A stretch of DNA of 64,000 nt, from positions 24,924,001-24,988,000 of the forward strand of contig OZ024743.1 of assembly GCA_964016885.1 (NCBI GenBank), read 5' to 3'. The translations under genes were made by a program, and so were the position numbers. Shown here one piece after another: positions 59,385-64,000 of the stretch. Position 1 is the stretch's first letter. Each line of letters opens with the position of its first letter. Source of the stretch: Eledone cirrhosa. Its lineage: Eukaryota. Under the pieces are notes generated by a model. The model saw nothing but the letters and a program-made list of their open reading frames with translations. It made no database searches and had not been told where the DNA came from.

Positions 59385-62300
59385 TGGTGTGATTGTAGGG
59401 GCTGTAACTATAGTATTGGTGGTAGTTGTGTGGTTATAGGTGTTGTAACTATAGTATTGGTGGTAGTTGTGTGATTGTAGGTGTTGTAACTCTAGTATTG
59501 GTGGTAGTTGTGAGGTTATAGGTGTTGTAACTATAGTATTGGTGGTAGTTGTGAGGTTATAGGTGTTGTAACTCTAGTATTGGTGGTAGTTGTGTGATTG
59601 TAGGTGTTGTAACTCTAGTATTGGTGGTAGTTGTGTGGTTGTAGGTGTTGTAACTATGGTATTGGTGGTAGTTGTGTGATTGTAGGTGTTGTAACTATAG
59701 TATTGGTGGTAGTTGTGTGATTGTAGGTGTTGTAACTATAGTATTGGTGGTAGTTGTGTGGTTATAGGTGTTGTAACTATAGTATTGGTGGTAGTTGTGT
59801 GATTGTAGGTGTTGTAACTCTAGTATTGGTGGTAGTTGTGTGGTTGTAGGTGTTGTAACTCTAGTATTGGTGGTAGTTGTGTGATTGTAGGTGTTGTAAC
59901 TCTAGTATTGGTGGTAGTTGTGTGATTGTAGGTGTTGTAACTATGGTATTGGTGGTAGTTGTGTGATTGTAGGTGTTGTAACTATGGTATTGATGGTAGT
60001 TGTGAGGTTATAGGGGTTGTAACTATAGTATTAGTGGTAGTTGTGAGGTTATAGGTGTTGTAACTATAGTATTGGTGGTAGTTGTGAGGTTATAGGTGTT
60101 GTAACTATAGTATTGGTGGTAGTTGTGAGGTTATAGGTGTTGTAACTATAGTATTGGTGGTAGTTGTGAGGTTATAGGTGTTGTAACTATAGTATTGGTG
60201 GTAGTTGTGAGGTTATAGGTGTTGTAACTATAGTATTGGTGGGAGTTGTGAGGTTATAGGTGTTGTAACTCTAGTATTGGTGGTAGTTGTGAGGTTATAG
60301 GTGTTGTAACTATAGTATTGGTGGTAGTTGTGAGGTTATAGGTGTTGTAACTCTAGTATTGGTGGTAGTTGTGTGATTGTAGGTGTTGTAACTCTAGTAT
60401 TAGTGGTAGTTGTGAGGTTATAGGTGTTGTAACTCTAGTATTGGTGGTAGTTGTGTGATTGTAGGTGTTGTAACTCTAGTATTGGTGGTAGTTGTGTGAT
60501 TGTAGGTGTTGTAACTATAGTATTGGTGGTAGTTGTGAGGTTATAGGTGTTGTAACTCTAGTATTGGTGGTAGTTGTGTGATTGTAGGTGTTGCAACTAT
60601 AGTATTAGTGGTAGTTGTGAGGTTATAGGTGTTGTAACTCTAGTATTGGTGGTAGTTGTGTGATTGTAGGTGTTGTAACTATAGTATTGGTGGTAGTTGT
60701 GAGGTTATAGGTGTTGTAACTCTAGTATTGGTGGTAGTTGTGAGGTTATAGGTGTTGTAACTCTAGTATTGGTGGTAGTTGTGAGGTTATAGGTGTTGTA
60801 ACTATAGTATTGGTGGTAGTTGTGAGGTTATAGGTGTTGTAACTATAGTATTGGTGGTAGTTGTGAGGTTATAGGTGTTGTAACTCTAGTATTGGTGGTA
60901 GTTGTGTGATTGTAGGTGTTGTAACTCTAGTATTGGTGGTAGTTGTGAGGTTATAGGTGTTGTAACTCTAGTATTGGTGGTAGTTGTGAGGTTATAGGTG
61001 TTGTAACTATAGTATTGGTGGTAGTTGTGTGATTGTAGGTGTTGTAACTCTAGTATTGGTGGCAGTTGTGAGGTTATAGGTGTTGTAACTATAGTATTGG
61101 TGGTAGTTGTGTGATTGTAGGTGTTGTAACTCTAGTATTGGTGGTAGTTGTGAGGTTATAGGTGTTGTAACTCTAGTATTGGTGGTAGTTGTGAGGTTAT
61201 AGGTGTTGTAACTATAGTATTGGTGGTAGTTGTGTGATTGTAGGTGTTGTAACTCTAGTATTGGTGGCAGTTGTGAGGTTATAGGTGTTGTAACTATAGT
61301 ATTGGTGGTAGTTGTGAGGTTATAGGGGTTGTAACTATAGTATTAGTGGTAGTTGTGAGGTTATAGGTGTTGTAACTATAGTATTGGTGGTAGTTGTGTG
61401 ATTATAGGTGTTGTAACTATAGTATTGGTGGTAGTTGTGTGTTTGTAGGTGTTGTAACTATAGTATTGGTGGTAGTGGTGTGATTGTAGGTGTTGTAACT
61501 ATAGTATTGGTGGTAGTTGTGAGGTTATAGGTGTTGTAACTCTAGTATTGGTGGTAGTTGTGAGGTTATAGGTGTTGTAACTCTAGTATTGGGGTTGTTG
61601 TGAGGTTATAGGTGTTGTAACTATAGTATTGGTGGTAGTTGTGTGATTGTAGGTGTTGTAACTCTAGTATTGGTGGCAGTTGTGAGGTTATAGGTGTTGT
61701 AACTATAGTATTGGTGGTAGTTGTGTGATTGTAGGTGTTGTAACTCTAGTATTGGTGGTAGTTGTGAGGTTATAGGTGTTGTAACTATAGTATTGGTGGT
61801 AGTTGTGAGGTTATAGGTGTTGTAACTCTAGTATTGGTGGTAGTTGTGAGGTTATAGGTGTTGTAACTCTAGTATTGGTGGCAGTTGTGAGGTTATAGGT
61901 GTTGTAACTATAGTATTGGTGGTAGTTGTGAGGTTATAGGGGTTGTAACTATAGTATTAGTGGTAGTTGTGAGGTTATAGGTGTTGTAACTATAGTATTG
62001 GTGGTAGTTGTGTGATTATAGGTGTTGTAACTATAGTATTGGTGGTAGTTGTGTGTTTGTAGGTGTTGTAACTATAGTATTGGTGGTAGTGGTGTGATTG
62101 TAGGTGTTGTAACTAGTATTGGTGGTAGTTGTGAGGTTATAGGTGTTGTAACTCTAGTATTGGTGGTAGTTGTGAGGTTATAGGTGTTGTAACTATAGTA
62201 TTGGTGGTAGTTGTGAGGTTATAGGTGTTGTAACTATAGTATTGGTGGTAGTTGTGTGATTAGGGGTGTTGTGACTATAGTATTGGTAGTAGTTGTGAGG

Positions 62301-64000
62301 TTATAGGTGTTGTAACTATAGTATTGGTGGTAGTTGTGTGATTAGGGTGTTGTAACTATAGTATTGGTAGTAGTTGTGAGGTTATAGGTGCTGTAACTAT
62401 AGTATTAGTCGTAGTTGTGAGGTTATAGATGTTGTAACTATAGTATTAGTCGTAGTTGTGAGGTTATAGATGTTGTAACTATAGTATTAGTGGTAGTTGT
62501 GAGGTTATAGGTGTTGTAACTATAGTATTGGTGGTAGTTGTGTGATTAGGGTGTTGTAACTATAGTATTAGTGTTAGTTGTGAGGTTATAGGTGCTGTAA
62601 CTATAGTATTGGTGGTAGTTGTGTGATTAGGGTGTTGTAACTATAGTATTGGTAGTAGTTGTGAGGTTATAGGTGTTGTAACTATAGTATTGGTGGTAGT
62701 TGTGAGGTTATAGGTGTTGTAACTATAGTATTGGTGGTAGTTGTGTGATTAGGGTGTTGTAACTATAGTATTAGTGGTAGTTCTGAGGTTATAGGTGTTG
62801 TAACTATAGTATTGGTGGTAGTTGTGAGGTTATAGGTGTTGTAACTATAGTATTGGTGGTAGTTGTGAGGTTATAGCTGTTGTAACTATGGTATTGGTGG
62901 TAGTTGTGAGGTTATAGGTGTTGTAACTATAGTATTGGTGGTAGTTGTGTGATTAGGATGTTGTAACTATAGTATTGGTGGTAGTTGTGTGGTTATAGGT
63001 GTTGTAACTATAGTATTGGTGGTAGTTGTGTGATTGTAGGTGTTGTAACTCTAGTATTGGTGGTAGTTGTGTGGTTGTAGGTGTTGTAACTCTAGTATTG
63101 GTGGTAGTTGTGTGATTGTAGGTGTTGTAACTCTAGTATTGGTGGTAGTTGTGTGATTGTAGGTGTTGTAACTATGGTATTGGTGGTAGTTGTGTGATCG
63201 TAGGTGTTGTAACTATGGTATTGGTGGTAGTTGTGAGGTTATAGGGGTTGTAACTATAGTATTAGTGGTAGTTGTGAGGTTATAGGTGTTGTAACTATAG
63301 TATTGGTGGTAGTTGTGAGGTTATAGGTGTTGTAACTATAGTATTGGTGGTAGTTGTGAGGTTATAGGTGTTGTAACTATAGTATTGGTGGTAGTTGTGA
63401 GGTTATAGGTGTTGTAACTATAGTATTGGTGGTAGTTGTGAGGTTATAGGTGTTGTAACTATAGTATTGGTGGGAGTTGTGAGGTTATAGGTGTTGTAAC
63501 TCTAGTATTGGTGGTAGTTGTGAGGTTATAGGTGTTGTAACTATAGTATTGGTGGTAGTTGTGAGGTTATAGGTGTTGTAACTCTAGTATTGGTGGTAGT
63601 TGTGTGATTGTAGGTGTTGTAACTCTAGTATTAGTGGTAGTTGTGAGGTTATAGGTGTTGTAACTCTAGTATTGGTGGTAGTTGTGTGATTGTAGGTGTT
63701 GTAACTCTAGTATTGGTGGTAGTTGTGTGATTGTAGGTGTTGTAACTATAGTATTGGTGGTAGTTGTGAGGTTATAGGTGTTGTAACTCTAGTATTGGTG
63801 GTAGTTGTGTGATTGTAGGTGTTGCAACTATAGTATTAGTGGTAGTTGTGAGGTTATAGGTGTTGTAACTCTAGTATTGGTGGTAGTTGTGTGATTGTAG
63901 GTGTTGTAACTATAGTATTGGTGGTAGTTGTGAGGTTATAGGTGTTGTAACTCTAGTATTGGTGGTAGTTGTGAGGTTATAGGTGTTGTAACTCTAGTAT
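59385..64000. repeat. 41-bp tandem minisatellite, more than 110 copies, continuing past the window end
   Basis: Unit GTGTTGTAACT(A/C)TAGTATTGGTGGTAGTTGTG(AG/TG)(G/A)TT(A/G)TAG. Period 41 measured at 59403/59444. Confidence 0.97.

Noticed and set aside
59385-64000. Possible CRISPR array or mucin-like coding repeat
   Set aside because: There are no unique spacers and no cas genes, and the context is eukaryotic. The unit length of 41 is not a multiple of 3 and contains stops.

Overview
This is AT-rich, microsatellite-saturated metazoan DNA. The SINE families and the (TA)n/(CA)n density resemble octopus/cephalopod genomes (inference). No host gene is supported. Almost all ORFs in the track are translated microsatellites. 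The only long intact ORF is the 5'-partial ORF2 (RT plus C-terminal zinc knuckle) of a Tx1/L1-clade LINE at 2-2566. A 5'-truncated sister copy sits in a (TATC)n tract at about 23 kb. The most notable signal is about a dozen fold-back (palindromic) insertions of several families, almost all embedded in (TA)n. Many carry type I hammerhead-ribozyme motifs pointing outward on both arms, including palindromic-helix-III (dimer-type) forms and U3-A8 core variants. Within a family the short arm ends at a fixed position and the fold point varies. Penelope-like (Naiad/Chlamys-type) RT and GIY-YIG coding remnants in the same window point to the likely parent class. Also present are tRNA-derived SINEs, RTE/CR1/Tx1 relics, hAT-like elements with 8-bp and 6-bp TSDs, a non-autonomous Helitron, an inverted tRNA-like pair, a 200-N gap and a 41-bp minisatellite with higher-order duplications running off the window end. 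All pairings and translations were done by eye.
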